Shown here one piece after another: positions 14,291 through 25,190 of a stretch of 64,000 nucleotides of DNA. The notes under the pieces are model-generated. The model was not told where the DNA came from. It worked only from the letters and a program-made list of their open reading frames with translations, and searched no databases. The stretch lies in assembly GCA_028023455.1 (NCBI GenBank), contig JAQFVV010000003.1, positions 3,472,001-3,536,000 on the forward strand, written 5' to 3'. The stretch comes from Epiperipatus broadwayi (lineage: Eukaryota; Animalia; Onychophora). A program made the position numbers and the translations under genes. Positions within the stretch are counted from its first letter, which is position 1. Every line of letters begins with the position of its first letter.

Positions 14291-14354
<64 letters not shown>
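14264..14354. repeat. Compound microsatellite (GAT)n(AAT)n
   Basis: Directly visible perfect trinucleotide runs. Confidence 0.97.
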
Positions 14355-14355
<1 letters not shown>

Positions 14356-14815
14356 CAACTAAGCTCAAATTAAATGAATAAAATTGTTAAGCACTCAATT
14401 TACTACTAGGATACTAAAATATCATGAAATCTCTGGTGTAAAGTTGATGTTCCTCAAGCATGAAATAGAATCTGGTCATAACTTCAATCTACATAATATT
14501 AATGTAATGTGCACAGAATACAATGATAAAAAAAAAAATTCAAAAAGACATGGTTCATTGCTAATAACACCTATGTAATAAACCAAAATACTCTTGTAAT
14601 GCTTACTCCAGAAAGTCGAATATATAAATCAACAAATTTACATATTGACTACATTTTATTAAATCTTTATTTTCTCTCATGTCAGCCACTGAGTTTCAGT
14701 GCTAAGAATATGGCCTTCTAGGTTGAAAGCAACTAGCTATTTATTATTTAAAGTTTAAATAAATTAATCTTTTCTTTGGCAGTGAATAAACACTTATCAT
14801 AGAATAACATACTAA
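14355..14815 (+). repeat. Upstream pseudo-LTR of the Penelope-like element
   Basis: Shares blocks such as gttcctcaag..tgaaatagaatctg.tcataactt, ataatattaatgtaatgtg, cagccactga, ccttctaggttgaaagca and aaataaattaatcttttct with 22170-22560. Confidence 0.85.
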
Positions 14816-14979
14816 AAAAAAAAATAAGTAAAAATTGTATAGAATTACAGAGTATTATGGATGAATATAATTTATATAAGACAGCATTAAAAGTATAAAA
14901 AGCACTAACAATGAAAAAGAAGAGAGTCAAGTTTCTAGAGAAATGTTTGCACAATCAGATCTTTACCAATTGCTGTAAT

Positions 14980-17900
14980 CAATCAATAGTAGTCTGTCCA
15001 ATAGACAGGTCCAGAGAGTAGTCACTACATCAGTTCATCCATTCTTCCATTCTCTTCCTCGCCCACTTCCTCAATTCCACATAACCCCTTCCACCTCGTA
15101 TATCATCCAATAATGTCAATCTCTTCCGTCCTTTCTTTTTATTTCCACTCACCATTCCTTCCAAAACATCTTTCATTAAACTATAATCTTTTCTTAGTAT
15201 ATGTCCAATCCAGTTTCTCTTTCTCTCTTTGATAATTTCAATCAATCTTCTTTCCTCATTAACTCTTTTCAAAACTTCTTCATTTGTTATTTTATTCACC
15301 CAACTGATTTTTTCCATTTTTCTCCATGTTCACATCTCAAAAGCTTCCAGTTGTTTCTTAATTCTATTACTCAATGTCCATGTCTCACAACCATACATTA
15401 ATACACTCCACACATAACATTTAATTAATCTTTTCCTTAATTCTCTTTCCAAAGGTCCACAAAATATCTTCTTTCTTTTTACAAATGTCACCTTTGCCAA
15501 TGCTATTCTTCTTTTAACTTCATCTTCACTTCTTCCATCCTCACTCAACCAACAACCCAAATATCTAAATCCCTTCACCTGTTGAACCATGTCATCATGG
15601 ATTCCAATTTGCAGTCTTTTTGCATCTCTCCCTATCCATAAACACTTAGTCTTTTCAATATTAATCTTCATTCCATATGCCATACATCCTTCTTCCAATT
15701 TATTCAACATATTCTGAAGATCCTTTTCTTCCTCAGCAATAAGAGCCATATCATCTGCAAATCTTATACACTTTATTACTCTCCCTCCAACATTTGCTCC
15801 TCCACAGTCCAAATAATTATTTAGCATATCTTCTAAATAAATATTAAACAGAACAGGTGACATACTCCATCCTTGCCTAACTCCACTTTCTATATTCACT
15901 TCATCAGTCTCATTACATCCAAATCTAACTCTTATTCTTTGACCATTATACATATTCCATATCAATCGTCTTTCTTTCCAGAATACTCCTTTATCTCTTA
16001 AGATAGACATCAGTTTATTCCAGCTTACTCTATCAAATGCCTTTTCTAAATCCACAAAACATATACCAATTCCTTTATCTCTTTCAATATATCTTTCTGC
16101 AATTGTCCTAACAATACCAATAGCATCTCTTGTGCTTTTCCCTTTCCGAAAACCAAACTGTTCTTCACCAATATAATAGTCAACCTTCCCATAAATCCTT
16201 TGAGTTAAAATCCTCAATAACACTTTAGAAACATGAGACAATACACTTATTGTCCTATACTCTTCACATTTAACAGCTTTCTTCTTTTTAGCAATTGGAA
16301 TCATTATAGTTCTTAAAAAATCTTCAGGCCAAACTCCACTATTATATATCAAATTGCAAAGTCCAACTATTTCCTTCATAGTAAATTCTCCCATTTCTCT
16401 CAAAAATTCTATAGGTACTGCATCAAATCCAATAGCCTTACCATTCTTCATTTGTGCGATTGCCTTTCTTACTTCATCTGGCAATATGTCCATACCTCTA
16501 TCATCCATTGCAACATCTTCTTCATTTTCAAGTTCATAACTAATTAAATTATTTCCTCTACTAAACAGATACCGAATATATTCTTCCCATCTTTTTAATA
16601 TATCATTACTATCAGTTAACCTTCTTCCATTCTTATCTGCAATCTCACTTGCTACCCATGTCTTTTTCTCCCAAGAAATACTTTGTATTCTATCAAATGC
16701 TAGATCATATCTTTTCATCTGTTGAAACCTTTCTATCTCTTTACATTCTTGCTCCAACCACTTTTCTTTTGCTAAATCTGTTTCTCTTCTTAATTCATTA
16801 TTAAATTTCCTATATTCCTTTTGCCCTTCCTCAGTATTTACATTCTTCCACCATCTCCGCACTTCCATCTTTTCCAACATACCTTCAGTTATCCAAGGTC
16901 TTTTAGCTTTTCTCACATGAATAATACCTATTTCATTTTTTGCTATTTTCAAGAATCCCTCTTTAATTCTATTCCAACACTCATCAGAGCTATTAATATA
17001 GTTCCCATCCTGAACAATTCTTTTAAATTCATTTTCACATATTAAACCAAATTTTCCTTTTTCCATTTGTCTCAATTTATCCAAGTCCCATCTTGTGTAT
17101 CTTTTCCCTCTTTTAATTCTTTTTAAACTTAATTTTAATTTAGCCATCACCAAATTATGATCCAAATCTATATCAGCACCTGGCAAAGCATGTGAACCCT
17201 TAACAGCATTCTTATATCTATTCTGGATCAATATATAATCAATTTGATAACGTTCTTTGTTACCTGGAGCTTTCCATGTATACAATCTTCTAATATGATT
17301 TTTAAAACAAGTGTTTGCAATGACAAACCCATTCTCTTTACAAAATTGTACAAGTCGACTACCCCTTTCATTTCTTTTTCCAATACCATAATTTCCAACA
17401 ATTTTCTCTTCCCTACCTTTCCCCACAACAGCATTCCAATCCCCCAATAGCAATATACATGCGTTTTTTCCTTCACATTGAATACTTTCTTCTATCTTCT
17501 CATACATTTCATCAATTTCACTATCATCATGAGTACTAGTTGGCATATAAACTTGTATAATTACCAAATCCCTAGGACTTGCATTTATTCTCATCACCAT
17601 CAGTCTATCATTAATACCATCAACCTTTGCCACACTATTCCATATTTTCTTCCTCACAGCAATGCCAACTCCATTAATTGACCTATCACCACCTGAATAA
17701 AACAACTTTACATCTCCACTACTTACTTCTCCACATCCCTCCCACCTCACTTCACTTAATCCCATTACATCAATATTATTCAAATGCAACTCTCTTTTCA
17801 AATTCTCCAATTTCCCACTTTTCCTCAAAGATCTAACATTCCATGTTCCAATTCTCAGTGTATCCCCTCTCAATGAATTATATTTATGAGGATTTCGCAG

Positions 17901-18460
17901 GTTGACGACCTGAGTAGCCCCATGTCCACTCCTGCCAGGCAAGACACCAAAGTTATTCTTAACTAAGGTCTCAACACCAAATGTAATGATTCCTGTAGAC
18001 ATACTCATAATAAAACAAGGGAATTATAAGACAAAGTGGTTTCCCATTGCCTTCTTTGCCCAGCAATAACCTCTATAATAGGCTTAGTGCGCTAGCCAAA
18101 TCCCATAAAATGAAAATCCAACTACCGCTTCCTCCTCATCGTTGTCACCTCTAGTGATCTTCCGCTGACTTGGAAGAAATGCCGTTGCTGACCCAGCACC
18201 CAGCGGGGTGTTGACTTATTTAATGGCGGTCAACACTCGCCATTATACATCCACCATCATAGGAATTGTGGCACTTTATAGAAGTAAACATGCCACTGTC
18301 TCCTTCACCACTTCCTGATAGTGAATGTTGTCCCATTGTCAGCGACTGCTTATTTACAGTACTCTGCTTATTCGCAGCTAACCTTCATATCTGAAGGCCA
18401 TACCCCTATCCGCAACCTGGGGACATTCTGGGTGGCATGGGACCCATGCCTTATTCCCAG
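14980..18460 (-). mobile_element. Full-length RTE-clade non-LTR retrotransposon with 12-bp TSD
   Basis: TSD aattgctgtaat at 14968-14979 and 18461-18472; (ATTG)n-like 3' tail; RTE-type 5' leader (caggttgcggat...cagatatg...agctgcgaat...aataagcagtcgc); single APE-RT ORF. Confidence 0.95.
15330..18008 (-). CDS. RTE ORF: apurinic-type endonuclease + reverse transcriptase; continues in frame to 15030 past one premature stop
   Basis: EN motifs IGTWNVRSL, GLSEVRW, GDWNA, NQ/YQIDYIL, DLDH; RT motifs QFGFRKGKST, FVDLEKAFDRV, GVRQG, RFADD, YLG. Reads EAFEM-TGA-TWRKMEKISW, and the 15030-15317 ORF is the same frame. Confidence 0.95.
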   Translation of the reverse strand: MSMSTGIITFGVETLVKNNFGVLPGRSGHGATQVVNLRNPHKYNSLRGDTLRIGTWNVRSLRKSGKLENLKRELHLNNIDVMGLSEVRWEGCGEVSSGDVKLFYSGGDRSINGVGIAVRKKIWNSVAKVDGINDRLMVMRINASPRDLVIIQVYMPTSTHDDSEIDEMYEKIEESIQCEGKNACILLLGDWNAVVGKGREEKIVGNYGIGKRNERGSRLVQFCKENGFVIANTCFKNHIRRLYTWKAPGNKERYQIDYILIQNRYKNAVKGSHALPGADIDLDHNLVMAKLKLSLKRIKRGKRYTRWDLDKLRQMEKGKFGLICENEFKRIVQDGNYINSSDECWNRIKEGFLKIAKNEIGIIHVRKAKRPWITEGMLEKMEVRRWWKNVNTEEGQKEYRKFNNELRRETDLAKEKWLEQECKEIERFQQMKRYDLAFDRIQSISWEKKTWVASEIADKNGRRLTDSNDILKRWEEYIRYLFSRGNNLISYELENEEDVAMDDRGMDILPDEVRKAIAQMKNGKAIGFDAVPIEFLREMGEFTMKEIVGLCNLIYNSGVWPEDFLRTIMIPIAKKKKAVKCEEYRTISVLSHVSKVLLRILTQRIYGKVDYYIGEEQFGFRKGKSTRDAIGIVRTIAERYIERDKGIGICFVDLEKAFDRVSWNKLMSILRDKGVFWKERRLIWNMYNGQRIRVRFGCNETDEVNIESGVRQGWSMSPVLFNIYLEDMLNNYLDCGGANVGGRVIKCIRFADDMALIAEEEKDLQNMLNKLEEGCMAYGMKINIEKTKCLWIGRDAKRLQIGIHDDMVQQVKGFRYLGCWLSEDGRSEDEVKRRIALAKVTFVKRKKIFCGPLERELRKRLIKCYVWSVLMYGCETWTLSNRIKKQLEAFEM

Positions 18461-18672
18461 AATTGCTGTAATATCCAGTTAAATAAATCAATATACCAAA
18501 AGGATAAAATACCACAGTATTTACGAACTCAACTACTTCGAATGATTATTCATGGCTATAATAAAGCATTAAAAAGGAAGAGCATAGACTAAATAATATC
18601 AAAAAGAGTTACAATATACCAGAAAGTATAAATGAAAAATTCCAAAATATGGCAATTACATTAATACAACAA

Positions 18673-20449
18673 TATGTAAATGAATACTCTCATTCTCAAA
18701 CACAAGATAAAATCTTTATGAAAAGATAGAATGAATCTATCTATCTTTTCAACCCAAACGTTTAAGTATGGGCCAATCTTAAGTATTTGGAGATGAGAGC
18801 ATGAAAATATTAAGCAGTCACTTTAAATTACTTTATTATGCTTGAATGAATGACACTTGCAAAATTATTTAAAATTTACTATACGTCATTTAAAGTGACT
18901 GCTTAATATCTTCATGCTCTCATCTCCAAATACATAAGATAGGCCCATACTTAAATGTTTGGGTTGAAAAGATAGATGGATTCATTCTATCTATTCATAA
19001 AAATGTTAACTTGTGTTTGTGAATGAGAGTATTCATTTACGTATAGATTAAAATCTGTAAAGTGCATGTGCATTAGCCTGATTGCTAATTTACAATTACA
19101 ATTTATTAACATAGTGCTATATAAATAAATACCTTATTATATATATGTTTAACTTCAACTAAGAATGACATATAGTAAATTTTAAATAATTTCGCAAGCG
19201 TCATTCATTCAAGCATAATAAAGTAATTTAAAATGATTGCTTAATATCTTCACCCTCTCATCTCCAAATACTTAAGATTGACCCATATTTAAATGTTTGG
19301 GTTGAAAAAATAGATGGATTCATTCTATCTTTTCAAAGACTTTATCTTGTGTTTGAGAATGAGAGTATTCATTTACATATAATTTAAAATCTGTAAAGCG
19401 CATGTGCATTAGCCTGATCACTAATTTACAATTACAATTTACTAACATAGCATTATATAAATAAATACCTGATTATATATATGTTTAACTTCAACTAAGA
19501 ATGATGTATAGTAAATTTTAAATAATTTCGCAAGCGTCATTCATTCAAGCCATAATAAAGTAATTTAAAGTGATTGCTTAATATCTTTACGCTCTCATCT
19601 CCAAATACTTAAGATTGGCCCATACTTAAACATTTGGGTTGAAAAGATAGATGGATTTATTCTACCTTTTCATAAAGACTTTATCTTGTGTTTGAGAATG
19701 AGAGTATTCATTTACGTATAGTTTAAAATTTGTAAAGCACATGTGCATTAGCTTAATCGCTAATTTACAATTATAATTTATTAACATAGCACTATATAAA
19801 TAAATACCTTATTATATACATGTTTAACTTGAACTAAGAATGATGTATAGTAAATTTTAAATAATTTTGCAAGCATCATTCATTCAAGCATAATAAAGTA
19901 ATTTAAGGTGACTGCTTAATATCTTCATGCTCTCATCTCCAAACACTTAAGATTGGCCCATACTTAAACATTTGGAATGAAATAAGAGATGGATTCATTC
20001 TATCTTTTCATCTTGGGTTTGAGAATGAGAGTATTAATTTACTTATAGTTTAAAATTTGTAAGGCACATGTACATTAGCCTGATCGCTAATTTACAATTA
20101 CAATTTATTAACATAGCGCTATATAAATAAATACCTTACTATATATATGTTTAACTTCAACTAAGAGTTGCAAGCGTCATTCATTCAAACATAATAAAAT
20201 AATTTAAAGTGATTGTTTAATATCTTCATGTTCTCATTTCCAAATACTTAAGATTGTACCATACTTAAACTTTTGGGTTGAAAAAATAGATAGATTCATT
20301 CTATCTTTTCATAAAGACTTTATCTTGTGTATGAGAATGAGAGTATTAATTTACATATAATTTAAAATCTGTAAAGTGCATGTGCATTAGCCTGATCACT
20401 AATTTACAATTACAATTTATTAACATAGCGCTATATAAATAAATAACTT
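18673..20449 (+). mobile_element. Non-coding tandem array of a ~338-bp monomer (~4.6 copies) with ~210-bp inverted head and 13-bp TSD
   Basis: Anchor gcttaatatc at 18901, 19239, 19576, 19914 and 20215 (periods 338, 337, 338, 301). 18673-18885 is the reverse complement of part of the monomer. attaatacaacaa flanks both ends (18660-18672, 20450-20462). Confidence 0.9.
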
Positions 20450-20462
20450 ATTAATACAACAA

Positions 20463-22390
20463 GGACAATTAATTTATTAGCCAAGAAGCAGGGAGTAAAA
20501 ATAAAAAACAAAACTAATGATAAGTTTAATTCATTTAATTATCCTCTCCCAGAGAATGTCAAGACTGTTCTCAATTACAGTCCGAAATTTGTCAGAGCAA
20601 ATTGGAAAAACCCAAGTATGCTGTCATCCAGGTTAAATACAAAAAATCTCAGAAAGAAGGAGTGGTTAGTAAAGTGTCACAAGCATTACAGCTCAAACCA
20701 ATAAAAACAAATGAAAAATTTTGGACAAAGAATACAGAATTAATAAAAAGTTACTTCCAAACAAATCAGATTAAAAGTATGAAAGAAGATAAAGGAACAG
20801 GTTTGTTCTTTTAAGCAATGAAGAATACAGTCGTAAAGTTGACAAACAAATCATCAAATTAAAATTTAACAGGATAAAAGATATATTTATTTCATCTATA
20901 TTAAGAAAGCATCTTAACAAGATGGTCAATAAATATGAATACCTTAGAATCTATTCAACAGTGGCCATTCCTCAAGAATTTTCACTAATGTCAAAGTTCA
21001 TAAAGTAAATTATCCCTCAGATTACTAATAGATTTTGAGGATGCTTATTTTTATAAATTGAAATTAATAACAGAAAGGCTCATTGACCATGTGGGATTCA
21101 ATAAGTTCATGATTAAATCATTTAATCATGTGAAAATTATGAACTTACAAAAAATTAATCCTCAGTTCAAACTTGCTTTGTTGGATATAACCAAACTATA
21201 TGGATAAATTTCACACCAACAATCTATAGAAATACCCCATGATGTACTAATGAGATCTGCTTCAGTCCAAGTAAAATTGAGCTTATTATAGATGCTCTAA
21301 AGTGTATTGATAGTGATATTATCATTTTATCCAATGACAAATTTTATAAGATGGAGCATGGCTGGCCTATGGGATTGTCCATAAGTGGTATATTATATAG
21401 TATCACTCTGACCAAATATGAGGAAGCAATTATCCCTAAATATATTTTCAGAATGTTTATTGCACTGCATAGATGATTTGCTGATTTGCACATTGAAAGA
21501 AAACATCAATGTAATGAAATAATTCAGTGCTCATTCTTGGTATGGACTAGAGAGCAAGAAGATGAATATAAGAGCATAAAATTTTTGGAGTATTATATAC
21601 AAAGATACAACCACGAGATAAACTATAGAATGATTGTCAAAACTTTTAATATCCGTGGAATAATACATCCCCAATTGTGCACATACCTCACACAAATTGG
21701 CAGGTTTTAAATGCTATCTTTACAGAAATCAAAAATTATGCAAGTATGAAGCAGATCAAAAAACCAATATTGAAAGTTATATTAAAGACTTGATCAATGT
21801 AAGCTGTAAACATAACAGTCTGTTAAGAACACTTAAAAATTTTTTTTTATTCTAAAATGAATACCTGCTTTTCAGATTCTAATAATACAAACAAGTGGAT
21901 AAGTCTTCCCTTCATACCTGAATTATCACGTCATTTACATAATAAATGTTCTGATACATTTAACATTAGCTTTCTAACAACTCCTAACTTAAACAAGCTC
22001 CTAAACAATACTAAGTACAGGTTGCCTCCAGATCAGGTCAAGCAGATCATTTACACGGTTAACTGCAAAAAACCTTATTGTAAAGCAGTCTAACATGGTG
22101 AATTGCAAGCTAATAGAAAAATGAGACTGGTGCAGCATAAATATGTTTACAATCACACAAAGAAAAATCCTAGTGTGAAGTTAGCGTTCCTCAAGTTTGA
22201 AATAGAATCTGATCATAACTTTGCTGATCCATATAATATTAATGTAATGTGTGCAGAACGCAATAATCTGAAAAGAAAATTCAAAGAGGCATGGTTCATT
22301 ACTAATAACATTTACATGATAAACAAAAAAGACTCTAGTGTCACTTTGTCCAGAAAGTGGAATATGCAAATCAATAAATTTACATATTAA
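20463..22390 (+). pseudogene. Frameshifted Penelope RT/GIY-YIG ORF
   Basis: Track ORFs 20602, 21486, 21857 and 22103 are fragments of one disrupted ORF with PLE RT and GIY-YIG motifs. Confidence 0.85.
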
Positions 22391-23519
22391 TTACCTTTTA
22401 TTAATCTTTATTTTCTTTCAATAATAGTTTCAGCCACTGATTTTGAGCACTATGAATATGACCTTCTAGGTTGAAAGCATTACTCAGCTAGTTCTGTATA
22501 ATTTAAAATTTAAATAAATTAATCTTTTCTTCAGAAGGGAGTAAACATGTATCATAGAATCTCATGATTATTATTAGTATTAATAGTCAAAGATCTAGAA
22601 ATGAACTTTCATAATAATGATGCTAAATTTTAAACAATGAGCAACTATTGTACATTACATATGACATATATGATCTTGCTGAAACATACCATCTGAATAC
22701 ATTTGCATAAAAATAAAAAATTCAAGTTCTGAATATGAACAAGATTTCATAAGCTCTTAAGGATCCTACTAATATGGATACACTTCATAACACAAAATGT
22801 AACATATCTGAAAATATTTACCAGTAGATGCCAATTGAGGATTTAATAATATGTATATGCATGTGAAAGCACAATATAATACTACTTTTCAGTATAAATT
22901 GTGTTTTTAATACTAAAAAAAAAAACTAAAATAGAATCTACAGCATTATCAAAAGGCAAATTGAATACATTTTCCAGCAACAACTAAATAAAGCCAGGCT
23001 TTGAAAAATATTGTTACTGATTAAAAAATCAGTCGGCAGTTGTCTTCATGTTCTTATTTTTATATTCCAATATATGAAAAATTTTCTTGTTGACAGATTT
23101 ATAACTTAGTGACATTTTGGACTATACAATTGTAACTATTTATCAAAGGATTTATAATCATCTCAAACTCAAAAAAATTGTCTTCTCTCAAGTATGATGA
23201 TCTGCATAAATGACTTTTTATCACTATATTGGACTTCCGATTATAACAACACATTTGAACTGCTTATTGATATTTCACACAGTTTGTTTTACATCTATTT
23301 ATGCAATAGCCAAATGATAAACTATTTATGCAATAGCCAAATGATAAACTATTCTTGAAAGTTATATCTCTAACTACATTCATTTCTCAAACTTTTACCC
23401 ACCTACCCTGCAAGTTCAGTCTTCCTTAATGTAACAGCTTTTATAAGCAATTTAAATATCTTTTATATATATTCGCACACACAAAACCTATATAGCAATA
23501 TATATATTTACAGAATTAG

Positions 23520-23628
23520 TTTTTTTTTTTTTCATATGTCATAGCATCGGCCGGGACGCGAACCACAACCGTCTGCAACCAACTACTTGCTTGCAAGGCA
23601 GCTGCGATGACCTCTCGGCTAACAACGC
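23520..23628 (-). mobile_element. tRNA-derived short SINE or tRNA retropseudogene with poly(A) tail
   Basis: Minus strand gcgttgt-tagccgagagg (A box)...ggttcgcgtccc (B box)-ggccgatgc, then ~10 nt and an A13 run. Acceptor stem mostly pairs; anticodon and T stems are imperfect, so it is not a functional tRNA. Confidence 0.65.
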
Positions 23629-24405
23629 TTGACTAGTTATAAGTTTTTGTCTATTTAAATAACCCTTAATTATAAAACAGATGTAAATAAACTGTTAATT
23701 TATCTTAACAATTTATAAATAGAAAAAAAAGCTGATTAAACTTCTAAATAAATAATATACATTTAAAAAAAAGCTGAAAATCAAAGCCAGACAAAATATA
23801 TATATAATTACTACATTATATATAATCTTTCAATAATTGAAAAAAACAGTGAATAAATTATATGATAGTAGAAGTGCCATCGCTAAAAATCAAATGATTT
23901 TTTTATTATTATTCTTTAAAATAATTTTATTGAACATATGGAATTTTTCCATAATTACAGATTTGAAATTTTCAGTCAAACATAATAGATTTATCGTTTT
24001 TTATTACAAGAATAAAATATTGCTTTTCTGTGACTTGACTTCTTTATTATTTTATAAAGACTAACCAATCATATACCTTTTGTACTCAATCCCTTTTATC
24101 AAATTAATTTGATATTCTACACAAACAGCTTCTATCAACTGAACATACATTCACCCATCACAATTATTTGCCAAGTATATAAACATGTTCAAAACTTGAA
24201 CAGTTTCACAAAATTCTCATTAAACATAAATGCAATTTTAAAACTTCCTTATAATGTTGTATATATTTATCAATCTTCTGAGGGTGCCTTCTCATATTTA
24301 TGAGTTCATAAGTAATGTATAGTGATTTGACAAACATGAAGTGCTACAGCTAGTCATAATATTTTTTATTTTATTAAATCTTTCTTCTTGTACTAAAATC
24401 AATAC

Positions 24406-25190
24406 TTAAAGAGAAAGGATTTTCACTTTTAATATATGCACTGTACTGATTGTATAATAGCTCAATAGTCATGTTGAGTACTGAGAATATTATCAAACCC
24501 AAACACAGTTAAGAATTTTGAAAGAATAAGAGTCGTCATCTTATCCTTAAACCTACATTCTAAAATCTAAAGTTTCTTAGTTTGAGAATGAAAAGATATT
24601 TCTTTATTCACTTTTACATCCAATATTTTCTTTCATATATTAATCTTCATTGAATCTTTTGATTTACTATGTGATTCTTAGAAACTAGGTAATATTCAAT
24701 GTTATTTACTAAACACAGAGATCATATGTAATTAAAGATAAAGGATTTCCACCTTTAATATATGTGCTGCACTTCTCTTATAATAGCTCAACAATGTCAC
24801 ATTGAGTACTAAGTATGCTCTCAAATAACGTCGAATATTACAGTTACTAATAATTTGTAATATTAACATGTAGTAAATCGAAAGATTTCACAAATGTTAA
24901 TATATGAAAGAAAACAATGGATGTAAAAGTGAATAAAGAAATATTTTTATGCTCTCAAATTAAGAAGCTTTACATTGGCCTATATAATTAGAATGTAGGT
25001 TTAAGGATAAGATGGCTGCTCTTATCCTTTCAAAAGTTTCTCTCTTGTATTTAGGTTTGAAAGTATTCTCAGTACTCAACATATTGCTCAGCTATTATAA
25101 GATCAGTACAGTGCATATATTAAAGGTGGAAATCCTTTCTCTTTAATAACATATGATCTCTGAGCATAATAAATAACATCAAATATTACA
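24406..25190. mobile_element. Second inverted/tandem non-coding element, diverged homolog of the 338-bp monomer
   Basis: 24406-24820 holds ~1.3 copies (period ~325) and 24823-25190 is an inverted ~348-bp copy. Shared blocks with the 338 monomer: tagtaaat, aaagtga, aatat.tt.atgctctca, attggcc.ata, ggtt.aa.gata.gatgg, ttttca.aaag....tcttgt.ttt, agtattc. Confidence 0.8.

Larger units (their letters stand above)
14355..22570 (+). mobile_element. Penelope-like element with upstream and downstream pseudo-LTRs, interrupted by two nested insertions
   Basis: 14355-14815 is a direct repeat of ~22110-22565 (about 75-85% by eye). ORF remnants: N-terminus FLEKCLHNQIF (14932-14964), YPLPENVKTVLNYSPKF (~20540), LDITKLY (21181), GWPMGLSISGIL (~21357), IDDLLI (~21470), GIY-YIG IIYTVNCKKPYCKAV.HGE...RLVQHK (22045-22140). 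Confidence 0.85.

Noticed and set aside
15201-17681. Several plus-strand and alternate-frame ORFs of 60-82 aa
   Set aside because: Antisense or off-frame shadows of the RTE ORF.
19170-19225. Second hammerhead on the antisense strand of the 338-bp monomer (tgaatga-cgcttgc-gaaa)
   Set aside because: No CUGANGA register and only a 2-3 bp stem II.
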